Shown here: positions 63,616-64,000 of the stretch, one piece after another | Position numbering within the stretch: the first letter of the stretch is position 1 | Layout: each line of letters opens with the position of its first letter | Origin: Longimicrobiales bacterium | Lineage (GTDB): Bacteria > Gemmatimonadota > Gemmatimonadetes > Longimicrobiales > Gaopeijiaceae | DNA: 64,000 nucleotides | Direction of reading: 5' to 3' | NCBI GenBank assembly: GCA_965202985.1 | Contig: CBDBCF010000001.1 | Span: 1,024,001-1,088,000 of the forward strand | Made by a program: the position numbers and the translations under genes | Notes under the pieces: generated by a model | What the model was told of the DNA's origin: nothing | The model's input: only the letters and a program-made list of their open reading frames with translations | The model's database searches: none

Positions 63616-64000
63616 GCGTCAATCTAACCCGAACCGCGAAACACGAGTGGCAGCGCGGCGGGCGCCAGGTCGCCCTCATCGAGTCCCGCCGTGGAGCCTC
63701 GAACGGTGGTGCGTCCGCCGGACGTGTTTCCCTCGCATCGTGGCATTGGCGCGCCGGTCGGCGGCCCTCGACGTGGTTCGTCCGCCTGCACCTCGATCAA
63801 CCCCGCGCTGTCGGGCTCGTCGTCTTCGGCCTCCAGGTCGATCCGCGCCAGGGCGGCCATCGGCAGATCCGCTTTCGCCAGGGCGGACGCGCATCCCGGA
63901 GCAGGTCGCCGGACCCGCCGCTTCCTCCGCTAGCTTTGAGCAACGCCGCAGCGCGCCCGCTGCCTCCGAAGCCGTCGTCCTCGCGTCCGCCGATCCGCCC

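Noticed and set aside
63624..64000. Short ORFs at the right edge (63624..63860 minus and others)
   Set aside because: No recognisable motifs, conflicting frames, and the context is cut by the window edge

Overview
High-GC bacterial chromosomal segment, densely packed with about 60 genes. Gene content suggests Gemmatimonadota, but that is inference. It is mostly housekeeping: a minus-strand histidine operon with two unusual fusions (HisC-HAD phosphatase; HisA-HisI-HisE resembling fungal His4), two sodium:solute symporter modules, an M16 peptidase pair, an ECF sigma/anti-sigma pair behind a sigma54-type promoter, holA-copA-mutS-tonB-cbs-ddl-MATE, thrBC, prfA-prmC-ylbF-CDP-alcohol transferase-ino1-tmk, ctpA-asparaginase-obgE-dprA-hemW, hrcA-dnaJ and yebC-ruvCAB-queA-tgt-yajC-def-fmt-thiE. 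The strongest hidden signal is an OsmC/Ohr-family gene that the ORF track splits in two. An in-frame TGA sits exactly at the catalytic Cys position and is followed by a SECIS-like hairpin, so it is a candidate selenoprotein ending an aminotransferase / membrane protein / Sec-OsmC gene run. Other oddities: a truncated PHP/ATPase-like stub plus a Schlafen/AlbA_2 gene inserted after tmk, two genes with no usable canonical start codon, several probable leaderless genes, a 20-aa amphipathic small ORF, and many disordered insertions in core enzymes. No rRNA, tRNA, CRISPR array, integrase or transposase was recognised. All family calls come from motif recognition by eye, not database searches.
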